From a virus (taxonomy: Duplodnaviria > Caudoviricetes), in the IMG/VR virus record IMGVR_UViG_3300012122_000001, positions 1 through 64,000 of that record: a DNA stretch of 64,000 nt. One strand, 5' to 3'. The notes below the pieces were generated by a model. That model worked only from the letters and a program-made list of their open reading frames with translations. It was not told where the DNA came from and did not search any database. Position numbers and translations under genes: made by a program. Shown here piece by piece: positions 44,008-52,833 of the stretch; within the stretch, counting starts at the first letter, position 1, and every line of letters starts with the position of its first letter.

Positions 44008-45939
44008 TTAGCCCTTCTTTGGCCTTTTCTTGAACGTGAACTTCCCGGTCTCCTTGTTGATGTTCCCGGCGTGCCATTCCTCGGCCGACAGCAGCAGAGG
44101 AGCCCACTGGAGGTACTTCGCCCTCGATCGAGGGTCCTGGTAGAACTGCTTGAAGTCTCCAGGCGTGTAGCCGTTCACGTTGAAGAGGAGATCTCCGTCA
44201 ACCTGCATCGAGGTCGGGATCGGATCGCCGTATCTCTTGCCGCTGTAGTAGTCGCTCGTCTGCCGCTCGCGGGTCCACCGGAAGGTTGCCTTCCTCGTCT
44301 TGGTCCACTCGACGATCTCCGCAACGAATCCAGGCCCGTCGTTACCCGAAGGAGTGTACCTCTCCGGATGGTAGTTGCTGCTCCTCCAGCCGTACCTTTC
44401 GTTGTACTTCTTCGCTTCCCGGATCTCGAAGGCTTCCTGCTGGCCGATCGTCATCGATCCATTGCCCATCGTCAGGTTCACCTTCTTCCGGTACTCTTCG
44501 AAGTCTGGGGGATCCTGGTAATGGATCGATCCGGCGCCGTCGTAGACGAGCTCGACGACTTCCTCCATGCCGCCGGGAGACCAGAGCCGGGCAGGCTTGT
44601 GCGGATGCAGAACCTCGGAGCGATCGAAGAGCCCCTGGACGATCAGGGCGATCCGGTTGTAGTACTTGAGCTGGGTCTCGACCTTCTTCTCCATGTCGTC
44701 GTAGTACACGCTCGACTTGTTGAACGGCTGGTAGTCTCTCGTCGGATCGTCGAAGCTGGAGATCCAGTGGGGGTTGCTCTTCGACGGATGGTGTCCCTCG
44801 TTTTCCTTCTCCCAGGCGTCGTGCAGCCTCTTCTTCTCGTTCCACTTCCGGCAGAGATCTTCCCAGTGACGCTTCGTGATGAGATCCTCCACGCTGTCGC
44901 AACGCTCCTTCGCCATCATCGGTTCGGTGAAGTCGACCTGACTCGGACTCGGGAAGACGTGGTCGTCGAACTCGAAGTCGCAGGTCATCCGGTAGAGCTG
45001 GTCGCCGTTCCGGATGTACATGAAGGTCGTCTTGTCGGCCTGCTCCAGGTTGAAGTTGATCATGGCGCACGAGAGCGTTCCGTCGTAATGACGGTTCTTC
45101 GTGTTCCGGCGGACCCGGAAGGCGACCATGCACCTGGGCCAGGGCAGGATCCTGTCTCGGTTCTCCAACTCCGAGATCCACTTGTCGAAGTCTTCGATGT
45201 CGTTGAACTCCATCCCGCCGTGCCGGTAGTTGACGAGGCACTCCTCGTCCATGAAGCACATGCGCTGGAAGAGCTTGAGCTTCTCTGCCGTGTCGGCGGG
45301 CTTCCCCTTGGAGATCTGCTCGACCTCTTCGGTCAGTCCGGCGTAGAGCGAGACGTTGAAGACGCGGTCGTTGATCTTCTCGATCGCTTCCTCGAGACCG
45401 CTGCACATTGCCTTCATCGGAAGAACCTTTGCGGACATCCAGACGGTGAGCCTCTCGTGCGCTTTCGCAACCTCCTCGAACAGCTTCGGCAGCGTCTTCT
45501 CCTTCGCCTGGATCAGCTCCTTCTTGTACTTCTTCAGGTCCGGCATGGCGTTGAAGGTCGACAGTTCCCTACTCTCGCTCTTCGGCGCAGCCGATGAGTC
45601 GCGAGGCTGGATCCCGAGCTTGGCCGTGAGCTCCTTGATCTGTCCAAGCTTCGCCCGGACGGTTTCCTTGTAGAAGTCGGTCCTTCCGCGGATCACAGCT
45701 TCCGGGTCAGCTTCAAGCTTCGCCTGCTTCTCGAAGTCGTTCTCGTGGATCCTCTCGTAACCGCCGTCCGGAGACTCGACCCGGATGTAGTTCGACCCGA
45801 TCTCGACGACGCAGACGAACCAGTCCATCTTCCCCTTCTCGCCGATCGCCCAGTACCACTGACCGATTTGGATCATCGGCCGACCGTCCCCAGGGATCCG
45901 TTCGGACTCGACCTCGCGCTTCGGCGTCAGCTCGCTCAT
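44008..45939 (-). CDS. large hypothetical phage protein
   Basis: 643 aa from MSELTPKR; coiled coil then globular region (NVSLYAGL, MDEE, FDKWI). Confidence 0.8.
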   Translation of the reverse strand: MSELTPKREVESERIPGDGRPMIQIGQWYWAIGEKGKMDWFVCVVEIGSNYIRVESPDGGYERIHENDFEKQAKLEADPEAVIRGRTDFYKETVRAKLGQIKELTAKLGIQPRDSSAAPKSESRELSTFNAMPDLKKYKKELIQAKEKTLPKLFEEVAKAHERLTVWMSAKVLPMKAMCSGLEEAIEKINDRVFNVSLYAGLTEEVEQISKGKPADTAEKLKLFQRMCFMDEECLVNYRHGGMEFNDIEDFDKWISELENRDRILPWPRCMVAFRVRRNTKNRHYDGTLSCAMINFNLEQADKTTFMYIRNGDQLYRMTCDFEFDDHVFPSPSQVDFTEPMMAKERCDSVEDLITKRHWEDLCRKWNEKKRLHDAWEKENEGHHPSKSNPHWISSFDDPTRDYQPFNKSSVYYDDMEKKVETQLKYYNRIALIVQGLFDRSEVLHPHKPARLWSPGGMEEVVELVYDGAGSIHYQDPPDFEEYRKKVNLTMGNGSMTIGQQEAFEIREAKKYNERYGWRSSNYHPERYTPSGNDGPGFVAEIVEWTKTRKATFRWTRERQTSDYYSGKRYGDPIPTSMQVDGDLLFNVNGYTPGDFKQFYQDPRSRAKYLQWAPLLLSAEEWHAGNINKETGKFTFKKRPKKG

Positions 45940-46280
45940 CGGGACACCTCGAACCCCTCGCGGTACGCCTTCTGGGCGAAGGAGAGTGAGCACCGCAGCG
46001 TGCAGAAGAGCGGCGGGATCCTGTCCGCCGACGATCCGTACCCCTGGTACTCTCCCATCCAGCAGTCGACGAGCTCGAACTTCTCGCGGAGCTCATCGCT
46101 TCCGTAGGCTTCCCGGCGGCCCGTGATCTTGAAGACCTTCCGACCGTTCCAGGCGGCCCAGTCGCGATCGTTCTTGTAGACCAGCGGGACGGTGCCCTTC
46201 TCGACGGTCATCCGCCTCGTATCCAGCCGAAGCGGCTTCTTGCAGCAGACGCAGGTCTCCCTGTATTCCTTCTTCTTCAT
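45936..46280 (-). CDS. Cys-containing hypothetical protein
   Basis: CVCC...FCTLRC; ATGA coupling. Confidence 0.6.
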   Translation of the reverse strand: MKKKEYRETCVCCKKPLRLDTRRMTVEKGTVPLVYKNDRDWAAWNGRKVFKITGRREAYGSDELREKFELVDCWMGEYQGYGSSADRIPPLFCTLRCSLSFAQKAYREGFEVSR

Positions 46281-46291
46281 ATCTTCTCTTT

Positions 46292-47053
46292 CTATTTCAA
46301 AGCAGCCGCCTCGTCGCCGAGCTTCCGGATGAGCTTCGCCATGCACGGGCCGCACCAGGATCCGGGGTTGTCTCGACGAGCCATCTCGCAGTTCCGCTCG
46401 TCGGTGTACCTGGACGGATTCTGGCATCCGCCCTCGACAGCTTGGTCCAGGATCGCCTTGATCTGCTGCGCGTAGCCAGCGGCCGAGACCTTCTTCTCCT
46501 GGTGAGCCTTGTACTTCTCCTGCCACTGCTCCTCGGTCGTGAGGTCGACCGGCTTCTTCTCGAACGGACGCTGCTTCCCGCCGACCGGCCCAGCGTCCTC
46601 CATGACGATGCGCTCTGCGTCGTAACCGAACGGCGCCCGCTGCCCAATGAAACACCAGAGGTGATACTGGTTCGCGGTGTCGACGAGGCGGCTCTCGGCC
46701 GGGTAGAGCTCCATCGCCTCGTGCTCCGGTCCCAGGATCTCGTTCTTGATGCGCTGGAGGTCCCGCCAGTCGTGGATGACGTTCTTGTCGTTGCGCTTGA
46801 TCGACAGGTGGACGAGCTCGCCGACCTCGCTCCGGACGTTCCGCCAGAGGACCGTATAGCGGGAGTTCTTGTAGCACTCGCTGAACCCCTCGCTCGAGAG
46901 GTCCGGGTGGAGCGTTGCCGGACGGAACTCCGTCCAGGGGAAGGCGTCGTTCTCCTTGGCCTGGAGGTGGGCGACGCATTCGTCGCAGACGTGGAACCTG
47001 GACGTGGACATCTTGCAGGCCTTGCGACAGGTGAAGCAGTTGGGCACGGTCAT
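46292..47053 (-). CDS. conserved phage protein (HLSI..WRDLQRIKNE..YP..ANQYHLW family)
   Basis: Motif VHLSIKRND..DWRDLQRIKNEILGPEHEAMELYPAESRLVDTANQYHLW; flanking Cys clusters. Confidence 0.65.
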   Translation of the reverse strand: MTVPNCFTCRKACKMSTSRFHVCDECVAHLQAKENDAFPWTEFRPATLHPDLSSEGFSECYKNSRYTVLWRNVRSEVGELVHLSIKRNDKNVIHDWRDLQRIKNEILGPEHEAMELYPAESRLVDTANQYHLWCFIGQRAPFGYDAERIVMEDAGPVGGKQRPFEKKPVDLTTEEQWQEKYKAHQEKKVSAAGYAQQIKAILDQAVEGGCQNPSRYTDERNCEMARRDNPGSWCGPCMAKLIRKLGDEAAALK

Positions 47054-47370
47054 TTCCTCCTGTTCGTCTTGCCGGTCGTGAGCAACGCGATCGTGCGCTG
47101 CCGGATCTCCCGCTCCTGCTGCTTGCGCTCCTTGATCTCCTCGGCGTGCTCCTCGTTGTGCTTCCGCAGCGTCTCCTTCGTCTCGTCGGACATCGGCGGC
47201 CCCTTCTTGACTCCCAGGATCTTCTTGACCAGACGCTTCGCGGACCCGTCCTTGCCCTCCTTCTTGAGCTTGGCGACGCGATCCCACTCCTCCTGCGCGC
47301 GCTCCTCCTGGTGGAGAAGCTTGGCGTAGAGGACCGGGCACTTCACGGGGTCGACGTCCTTCGATCTCAC
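47050..47370 (-). CDS. basic coiled-coil hypothetical protein
   Basis: 106 aa, GTG start. Confidence 0.55.
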   Translation of the reverse strand: MRSKDVDPVKCPVLYAKLLHQEERAQEEWDRVAKLKKEGKDGSAKRLVKKILGVKKGPPMSDETKETLRKHNEEHAEEIKERKQQEREIRQRTIALLTTGKTNRRK

Positions 47371-47612
47371 AGCGACCTCCCTTCAGCAAAAAGCCACTTG
47401 TCGAATTCATCCTGATCCCAGATCCGAAGCCAGTAGGAGACCTTGCACCCGTGAGCCTCGGCGAACTTCTGCCACTTCCTTCCGATCCAGAGCTGGAACT
47501 CGAGGGTGTGCGTACCGGCCGCGTCGACGGCGCTCTGCTCTTCAGCGGTCCTTCCGTTGGCCTTCGCGAAGGCCACATAGCGCGGGTTCCATTTGATCTT
47601 CGTCTCGCTCAT
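47367..47612 (-). CDS. hypothetical protein
   Basis: WNPRYVAFAKANG..FQLWI. Confidence 0.6.
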   Translation of the reverse strand: MSETKIKWNPRYVAFAKANGRTAEEQSAVDAAGTHTLEFQLWIGRKWQKFAEAHGCKVSYWLRIWDQDEFDKWLFAEGRSL

Positions 47613-47616
47613 CCGG

Positions 47617-47940
47617 TTACCCTACCTTCGTGAACGTGAAGACCAGGATCCCGGTGCTCGTGACGGACAGCAGCCACGCGCGGCGCCGGTTGATGATCAG
47701 CTTCGCGATCCGGCGCGCGTCCTTGTTGCCGAAGAGCGTCGTCTGGAACGGCTGGAGGCAGGTCTGCTCCTTGGCGGTCAGGTTGATCTGCCGCTCCCGG
47801 CCGCCCAGGTTGCGGATCCGCGCGGGGTCGACGACCAGCCGGACGACGATCGTGGTGGTCGCGGATCCCGTCTTCATGCCGCGGAGTCGCGGGGGCTGGC
47901 GATCGGCGATCGCGCGACGGACGACTGGCGGAAAGGCCAT
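47617..47940 (-). CDS. basic hypothetical protein
   Basis: 107 aa, AGGAGG RBS. Confidence 0.5.
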   Translation of the reverse strand: MAFPPVVRRAIADRQPPRLRGMKTGSATTTIVVRLVVDPARIRNLGGRERQINLTAKEQTCLQPFQTTLFGNKDARRIAKLIINRRRAWLLSVTSTGILVFTFTKVG

Positions 47941-47949
47941 GGCTTCCTC

Positions 47950-48156
47950 CTACTTGCTCACGGGATCGAGGGACGGAACGACGCGGTACTTGCGGACGGC
48001 GGTCCACCTGGAGTAGAGATCCATGACGTAGGCCTTGGCCTCCGCCGCGGTGGCGAAGCGCAGGCCGTTCGAGACCCACTTGCCGGAGTCGTCGGCGATC
48101 ACCTCGGCCGCGTAGCTCTGGTGACCAGGAAGCGCGAGGCAGGTAGCGCAGAACAT
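47950..48156 (-). CDS. small phage protein
   Basis: EVIADDSGKWVSNGLRFAT..EA..Y..DL..RW..V pattern. Confidence 0.6.
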   Translation of the reverse strand: MFCATCLALPGHQSYAAEVIADDSGKWVSNGLRFATAAEAKAYVMDLYSRWTAVRKYRVVPSLDPVSK

Positions 48157-48167
48157 GGTTCCTCCTT

Positions 48168-48440
48168 CTACAGGGGTTTCAGTTGGAAGGTCTTGACGGC
48201 GTCGTCCGACAACTTCTGCGGATATCCGATCACACCGAACGGGTACTCCGAGAGCGGCAGGTCGGTCCGGCGGTCGAAGCCGCAGTGCTGGCGCGGACGC
48301 TCGACCAGCGTCCAGTCCGCCGGGACGGTCGCGAAGCTGGGCGGCCGATACAGCGGGACGTACTTGAACGCGATCGCCGGGCAGTCCTCATCGGCCTGCC
48401 TGGAGGCCTCGAAGCCACAGTACTTGCACGCCTTCTTCAT
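48168..48440 (-). CDS. DarA C-terminal-like domain protein (putative anti-restriction)
   Basis: YVPLYRPPSFATVP...FGVIGYPQKLSDDAVKTFQLKP resembles Y..RP....P...G.i.Y...L.....yeL. Confidence 0.45.
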   Translation of the reverse strand: MKKACKYCGFEASRQADEDCPAIAFKYVPLYRPPSFATVPADWTLVERPRQHCGFDRRTDLPLSEYPFGVIGYPQKLSDDAVKTFQLKPL

Positions 48441-48441
48441 C

Positions 48442-48918
48442 TTAGAACCCTCCCTCGGACAGCTCCGCGCAGATGGGACCGATGCCGTTGCGGATCGACG
48501 CGGGCGTCGTGAGCGGCCGGTTGCACCGGCAGCAGGCGCCCTCCATGAGGATCGTGAACCCCTTGTCGGACCAGGGCGAGAAGGCGCCGTCCAGGGCGAG
48601 CGACCAGAGCAGGTCGGCGAACTGGATCCAGCGGTGGCCGTCGGAGCCGGGTCGGGCGCCGGGCATGGCCTTCGACGCCCAGACGCGGATCCCGCCGTTG
48701 TCGACGAAGGCGAAGCCGGTGTAGCAGGACGGATCGTCGTTCTGGGAGCCGGTGAGCAGGTAGACCACCCGCTTGCCGGGGGCGAACTCTGCGTCCTGGG
48801 GCTGGGTCCGGACCCAGAAGGTCCGGTGCTCGCCGGTCTGCTTGGACTCGATCGTGTAGCGCCCGTTGAAGAGCTTCACGGTCGGGGCGGGGCGCGCGTC
48901 GGGTTCGGTCGCCATCAT
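48442..48918 (-). CDS. DUF6011-like protein
   Basis: C-terminal CCRCNRPLTTPASIRNGIGPICA. Confidence 0.7.
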   Translation of the reverse strand: MMATEPDARPAPTVKLFNGRYTIESKQTGEHRTFWVRTQPQDAEFAPGKRVVYLLTGSQNDDPSCYTGFAFVDNGGIRVWASKAMPGARPGSDGHRWIQFADLLWSLALDGAFSPWSDKGFTILMEGACCRCNRPLTTPASIRNGIGPICAELSEGGF

Positions 48919-48953
48919 CGTATCCTCCTTCCTCGAAGTCGTCGTATACACGT

Positions 48954-49559
48954 TCACTTCGCCAGCTCGAAGTCTGCCTCGCAGAGGCCGCAGGAGATCG
49001 GGCCCTGCTCGAAGAGCTTCGCGGATCCGCGGATGATCCTGGGGGTCTCGCACTCGCAGACCGCCTTGAGCTGCCGGTTCTTCTGCGTGTGCAGGATGAC
49101 GAGGTGGCCGCCGGGCCACTTCGGGAGCCGCTTGAGCCAGCCCGTGATCTTCTTCTTGAGCTCTTCGCCCGCGGTGGTCGCGGTCCAGGGCTTCTCCAGG
49201 CCGACGCGCTTCGCGAGCTGGGAGAACTTCGCCCGGTGTCCGCACCCCATCGGGAGGGCCGCGTGGACCATCTCGTGGACCAGCACCTCGACGAGGTCGA
49301 ACGGCTCGCGGAGCGTGGGCGAGATCAGGATGACGCGGTCGCCCTCGACCTTGACGGCCGACCCGCCCTTGTAGTGGCACTCCCCGATCGTCCGGCGGCT
49401 GGACTTCGTGCCGCCCTTCGAGGGGAAGCTCCAGGAGATCGCCACGGTCGCGGGCGCCTGGGGGAGCAGTTCCTTCCGGATCAGGGCGTAGGCGGCCCGC
49501 AGCCACGCCTCCCGGTTGACCTTGGTGACCGGCTTCATAGGGGGTTTCTCCTTCTTCAT
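48954..49559 (-). CDS. SprT-like zinc metalloprotease
   Basis: REAWL..IGECH..VLVHEMVHA..GH..F; C-terminal CEC..CGLC. Confidence 0.75.
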   Translation of the reverse strand: MKKEKPPMKPVTKVNREAWLRAAYALIRKELLPQAPATVAISWSFPSKGGTKSSRRTIGECHYKGGSAVKVEGDRVILISPTLREPFDLVEVLVHEMVHAALPMGCGHRAKFSQLAKRVGLEKPWTATTAGEELKKKITGWLKRLPKWPGGHLVILHTQKNRQLKAVCECETPRIIRGSAKLFEQGPISCGLCEADFELAK

Positions 49560-49565
49560 GATCAG

Positions 49566-49595
49566 AATATAGCATACCAACAGTACCGTTGTCAA
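49566..49595 (-). promoter_or_regulatory. sigma70-like promoter, probably leaderless
   Basis: TTGACA-N18-TATATT; ATG at 49559 is 7 nt downstream. Confidence 0.6.
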
Positions 49596-49603
49596 CCACA
49601 TTT

Positions 49604-49627
49604 GGCATAAAATAACAGAAGAGTGCC
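49604..49627. promoter_or_regulatory. operator-like site GGCA-N16-TGCC, copy 1
   Basis: ggca taaaataacagaagag tgcc, adjacent to -35. Confidence 0.4.
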
Positions 49628-49954
49628 TAGTACGGGAGGATATCCGGACCTGGGATGGCCCTGGGGGCCGCCCGGCGGCCGACTCCCGCCCCAGGGGAGG
49701 ATCCCCCGGCGCCTGGGGCCTCCCTGGGGAGCAGAACCCCGCGGATGGCCCTTTTACCCCTCCAGACCTGGGGTCTGACGGGCGCCGGAGGGGTCCGAGG
49801 GGTACAGCCCTCGGTCCCCCCGGCTATGGGAGGGGTTCCGGCGCCCCGACCGGGCTGGTACGAGGCGCCAGGGAAACAGATCTTGTCCCGCCTCCAAGTT
49901 CCCGGAGCTCCAGGGTCTTTGCTTCCCCGGAGCTCCAGGCCTGGAATGAGGGGT

Positions 49955-50305
49955 TCAGAGCTTGGCGAGGTCGGCGCCGGAGATCTCTCGGATGGTCTTC
50001 GTCTCCTGGACCTTCACCGACAGCACCTCGATGTTCTCGTACTCGTCGAAGTGGGCTTTGACCGAGCGGAGCAGCGCCTCCGGCGACCCGGCCTCGAGCG
50101 GGTTGCCGTTCTCGTCGGTCACCGGGTCGACCGTGGTCTCGGTCGAGATCTCCTCGATCTTCTGGGTGCCGGTGCCGATGTAGGCGCCCAGGTCATCCTT
50201 GGGTAGTTCCTTCCCCGACGGATCCACCAGGAGCGGCTTCGCCGACGTGTTGAGCGCCGGGGTCCGCGACACCACCTTCTGCCTTACGATCGCCGTGTAC
50301 TTCAT
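49955..50305 (-). CDS. hypothetical protein
   Basis: MKYTAIVRQK start. Confidence 0.6.
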   Translation of the reverse strand: MKYTAIVRQKVVSRTPALNTSAKPLLVDPSGKELPKDDLGAYIGTGTQKIEEISTETTVDPVTDENGNPLEAGSPEALLRSVKAHFDEYENIEVLSVKVQETKTIREISGADLAKL

Positions 50306-50582
50306 CTGCCTTCTCCTCCTGCTTCTTCTTCTCAACGGCGTTGACCTTGTGCTTGAGCGCGATCGCCTCGCCGTTGAAGCTGGCGACCGGCTTCCTGGAA
50401 ATCACCATGGTCTCGACGACCCCTGCTCCGTGGGACTTCGACTCCGCGAGCAGCAACGCCCGGTTGCGGCTCTGGATGACGGGATCGCCGCGCTCCTGGA
50501 CCTGCTTCCAGCCGTCGGCCGCGTACAGGATCCAGACTTCGTACTGCTCCGGCTCGTCTAGGTTTTTGTTCTTCTTCCCCAT
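50193..50582 (-). CDS. hypothetical protein
   Basis: MGKKNKN start; 3' end overlaps next gene. Confidence 0.5.
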   Translation of the reverse strand: MGKKNKNLDEPEQYEVWILYAADGWKQVQERGDPVIQSRNRALLLAESKSHGAGVVETMVISRKPVASFNGEAIALKHKVNAVEKKKQEEKADEVHGDRKAEGGVADPGAQHVGEAAPGGSVGEGTTQG

Positions 50583-50584
50583 GG

Positions 50585-50923
50585 TTAGAGCCCCGGACGC
50601 TTGCGGAGCCCGCGCTGGCCGCCGAAGGGGTTGCCCGGCTTCTCCTTGGTGCCGTCGGCCTGCTCCTCGGCCTCTTCCTCGCCGGTCTCCTCCAGGATCT
50701 CCGGCGGCCGGATCGACTCCGGATCCGGCGAGAACTCGCCGACCGGGATCCAGGTCATGCCCCGGCCGCGGTCGCTTTCCGGGCTCTCCGTCTCCCACGA
50801 GGCGAAGAGGATCTCGTCACCGCTCTTGCGGAGCGCGATCATCGAGCCGTCCTCGGAGTCCTTGCCTTCGACCAGCCGGATTCCGGGGATCGGCGAGACC
50901 AACATCGTGATCTCGTGCTGCAT
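50585..50923 (-). CDS. acidic hypothetical protein
   Basis: 112 aa, GAGGA RBS. Confidence 0.55.
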   Translation of the reverse strand: MQHEITMLVSPIPGIRLVEGKDSEDGSMIALRKSGDEILFASWETESPESDRGRGMTWIPVGEFSPDPESIRPPEILEETGEEEAEEQADGTKEKPGNPFGGQRGLRKRPGL

Positions 50924-50948
50924 GTTTCCTCCTCAAAAAGAGTTGGGG

Positions 50949-51359
50949 TTATAGATTCGTTTCCAGGAACTTCATGAGCGACTGCTTCGACTCGAACACC
51001 AGGGTCTCGTGCCGCGGCAGGTTCGCCAGCGGGTTGTGCGCGACGCGCTGCGCCTGCTGGGCGAGCTGCGGGAAGAAGATCTTGACGGCCTCCCGGATCC
51101 TGCCCTTGTCGCCGTCCTCCTTCCAGTCCTCTCCGGCGCCCTTGTCGTTGATCGACCGGATGAACGCGCCCATCCCATCAACCATGCGGTCGATGATCTC
51201 GTCCGGACCCATGCTTTCGGCCGCACTCGGCACCGGAGCGATCGCCTGGGGGTGCCTGGGACTCGACGCGAGCTCCAGGTTGTAGCCGTTGTCGACCTTC
51301 AGGACCGTGATCCGGAGCGTGGGGCCCTCGGCCCCAGGAATGTAGGAACCGTCGTACAT
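50949..51359 (-). CDS. hypothetical protein
   Basis: 136 aa, GGGAGAGG RBS. Confidence 0.6.
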   Translation of the reverse strand: MYDGSYIPGAEGPTLRITVLKVDNGYNLELASSPRHPQAIAPVPSAAESMGPDEIIDRMVDGMGAFIRSINDKGAGEDWKEDGDKGRIREAVKIFFPQLAQQAQRVAHNPLANLPRHETLVFESKQSLMKFLETNL

Positions 51360-51380
51360 GATCGCCTCTCCCTTCTTCTT

Positions 51381-51417
51381 TGCACAGAATTCTACTAGAG
51401 TGCCAACAGTTCTTCAA
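51381..51417 (-). promoter_or_regulatory. promoter TTGAAG-N17-TAGAAT overlapped by operator-like site copy 2 (51381-51404)
   Basis: tgca cagaattctactagag tgcc overlaps spacer and -10. Confidence 0.5.
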
Positions 51418-51429
51418 CTCCAAGAACGA

Positions 51430-51690
51430 TTACGCGCAGTGCATGTCCGTACACCTCTCCGTCGGCTCCACCGGCTTCATGTGACCGCAGGGGTAGCGCG
51501 GCTCCTTCATCGGCCTGGGCCGCGGCCGGTTTCCCCTGGTCCACCGGAAGTACAGGTGGATCACCCAGGTCAGCCACCACTTGATCGGGTTCGAAGTCAT
51601 CGTGTACACGCCCAATTTTAACCGGGGCCCGGCACGGAACCGGGCCCCTACTAAATACCACCAGCCCACCCCGCGGTGGCCGGTCAGCAT
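51430..51690 (-). CDS. small hypothetical protein (start uncertain)
   Basis: Trp-rich, CGH..C; TTG start doubtful. Confidence 0.35.
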   Translation of the reverse strand: MLTGHRGVGWWYLVGARFRAGPRLKLGVYTMTSNPIKWWLTWVIHLYFRWTRGNRPRPRPMKEPRYPCGHMKPVEPTERCTDMHCA

Positions 51691-51695
51691 AACTG

Positions 51696-51956
51696 TCAGA
51701 ACGGAACGTCCTCATCCCCGTGGAGCTCTTCGGTCGTGTAGACGGTCTCGCGCTTCGCGACCACGCCCCACACCCGGTATCCGGTCCACTTTTTCCTGAA
51801 GACCTCGTACACCTCGGCCGTCATCTTGCAGAAGTCGAACGTGGCCGCCACTTGATTCCAGCGCGAGTAGATCTCGACGCCCATCTCCTGGAGCGCGCCT
51901 GCATCGGTCTCCTTTGCTCCGATCCACCCGCTGTACATCAGGACTTCTTTCGGCAC
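51696..51956 (-). CDS. hypothetical protein
   Basis: 86 aa, GTG start abutting upstream stop. Confidence 0.5.
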   Translation of the reverse strand: MPKEVLMYSGWIGAKETDAGALQEMGVEIYSRWNQVAATFDFCKMTAEVYEVFRKKWTGYRVWGVVAKRETVYTTEELHGDEDVPF

Positions 51957-52490
51957 CTATCTACGGAAGATGTCCGTCCTCCAGATGCCGTTGCTGGTCC
52001 GCTTCACGAACCAGTCCGACAGGAACTTGTGAGCTGGCTCGTAGATCATGCGTTCGGCGTTGTCCAGGACGATCATGCCGTCCGGCGCCACGAACTCGGC
52101 GATCGCCTTGACGCACTTGACCCGGCGCCGCCCGTCGACGATGACGACGTCGAAGCCGCGGTTCTTCAGGCCCAGGGTCCTGCCCATCTGGACGTAGTGC
52201 TGGTAGTCGTCGGCGCACGAGACGTGGTGGAGGCGGGCATTCGTGATATTCCCCTCCCGGATGGCGGTAGAGACCTGACCGAACCACCCATGGTCGTGCT
52301 CGATCGAGTCGACCATCAAGGCGCGCTTCGCGAACCAGATCGTCGAGGCGCCGCATCCATACTCCAGGATCCGCTGTCCGCCGTTGAGCTTCTGATCAAG
52401 GAAAATGATCGCGTCCCTGGTGAGCCACGGCTCGTCCGGCTTCCCGGTCTTGTCGAAGGTGTGGTAGTTGGGGCGAGGAGGCCAGTTCAT
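51957..52490 (-). CDS. class I SAM-dependent methyltransferase (glycan-type)
   Basis: ILEYGCGASTIWF, SIEHD..W, FDVVIVDGR, GMIVLDN. Confidence 0.8.
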   Translation of the reverse strand: MNWPPRPNYHTFDKTGKPDEPWLTRDAIIFLDQKLNGGQRILEYGCGASTIWFAKRALMVDSIEHDHGWFGQVSTAIREGNITNARLHHVSCADDYQHYVQMGRTLGLKNRGFDVVIVDGRRRVKCVKAIAEFVAPDGMIVLDNAERMIYEPAHKFLSDWFVKRTSNGIWRTDIFRR

Positions 52491-52831
52491 CGCTTCTTCC
52501 TCCTCAAGGACTTCGCGCGCCTCTCGGCCGCCTTCGCGGTGTACGGCCCCGTGATCTCGACGGGCTCCAGGTTCCTGTTGAGCACGAGCACGTTGAAGTA
52601 GCAGGCGGTCGACATCCCGAACTTGCACTTGCCGTGCTTCTGGTCCTCGTGAGGGCAGACGGTCGGGACCACCGCGACGACGGTCCTGGCGATCGCCGCG
52701 GACATCAGCAGATCTCGGCGCTTCGTCTTCTTGTAGCAGTTCTTGCAGACCGGTCCGAAGTTGTCGCCCTCGGACAGGATCCTGCTTTCGCAGGAGAAGC
52801 AGTACGTCTCGGGCATCGGTTTCTTCGGCAT
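52487..52831 (-). CDS. Cys-rich hypothetical protein
   Basis: CFSC..CKNC..CPH..C..C. Confidence 0.55.
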   Translation of the reverse strand: MPKKPMPETYCFSCESRILSEGDNFGPVCKNCYKKTKRRDLLMSAAIARTVVAVVPTVCPHEDQKHGKCKFGMSTACYFNVLVLNRNLEPVEITGPYTAKAAERRAKSLRRKKR

Positions 52832-52833
52832 CT

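Noticed and set aside
3044-49374. Long antisense or alternate-frame ORFs (e.g. 3044..4570+, 6825..9161+, 13953..16904-, 17865..18272-, 31845..33746-, 39923..41794-, 43822..45597+, 47593..49374+)
   Set aside because: They shadow well-supported genes, have Arg/Pro/Gly-rich or V/D/L-biased composition typical of off-frame high-GC sequence, and carry no motifs
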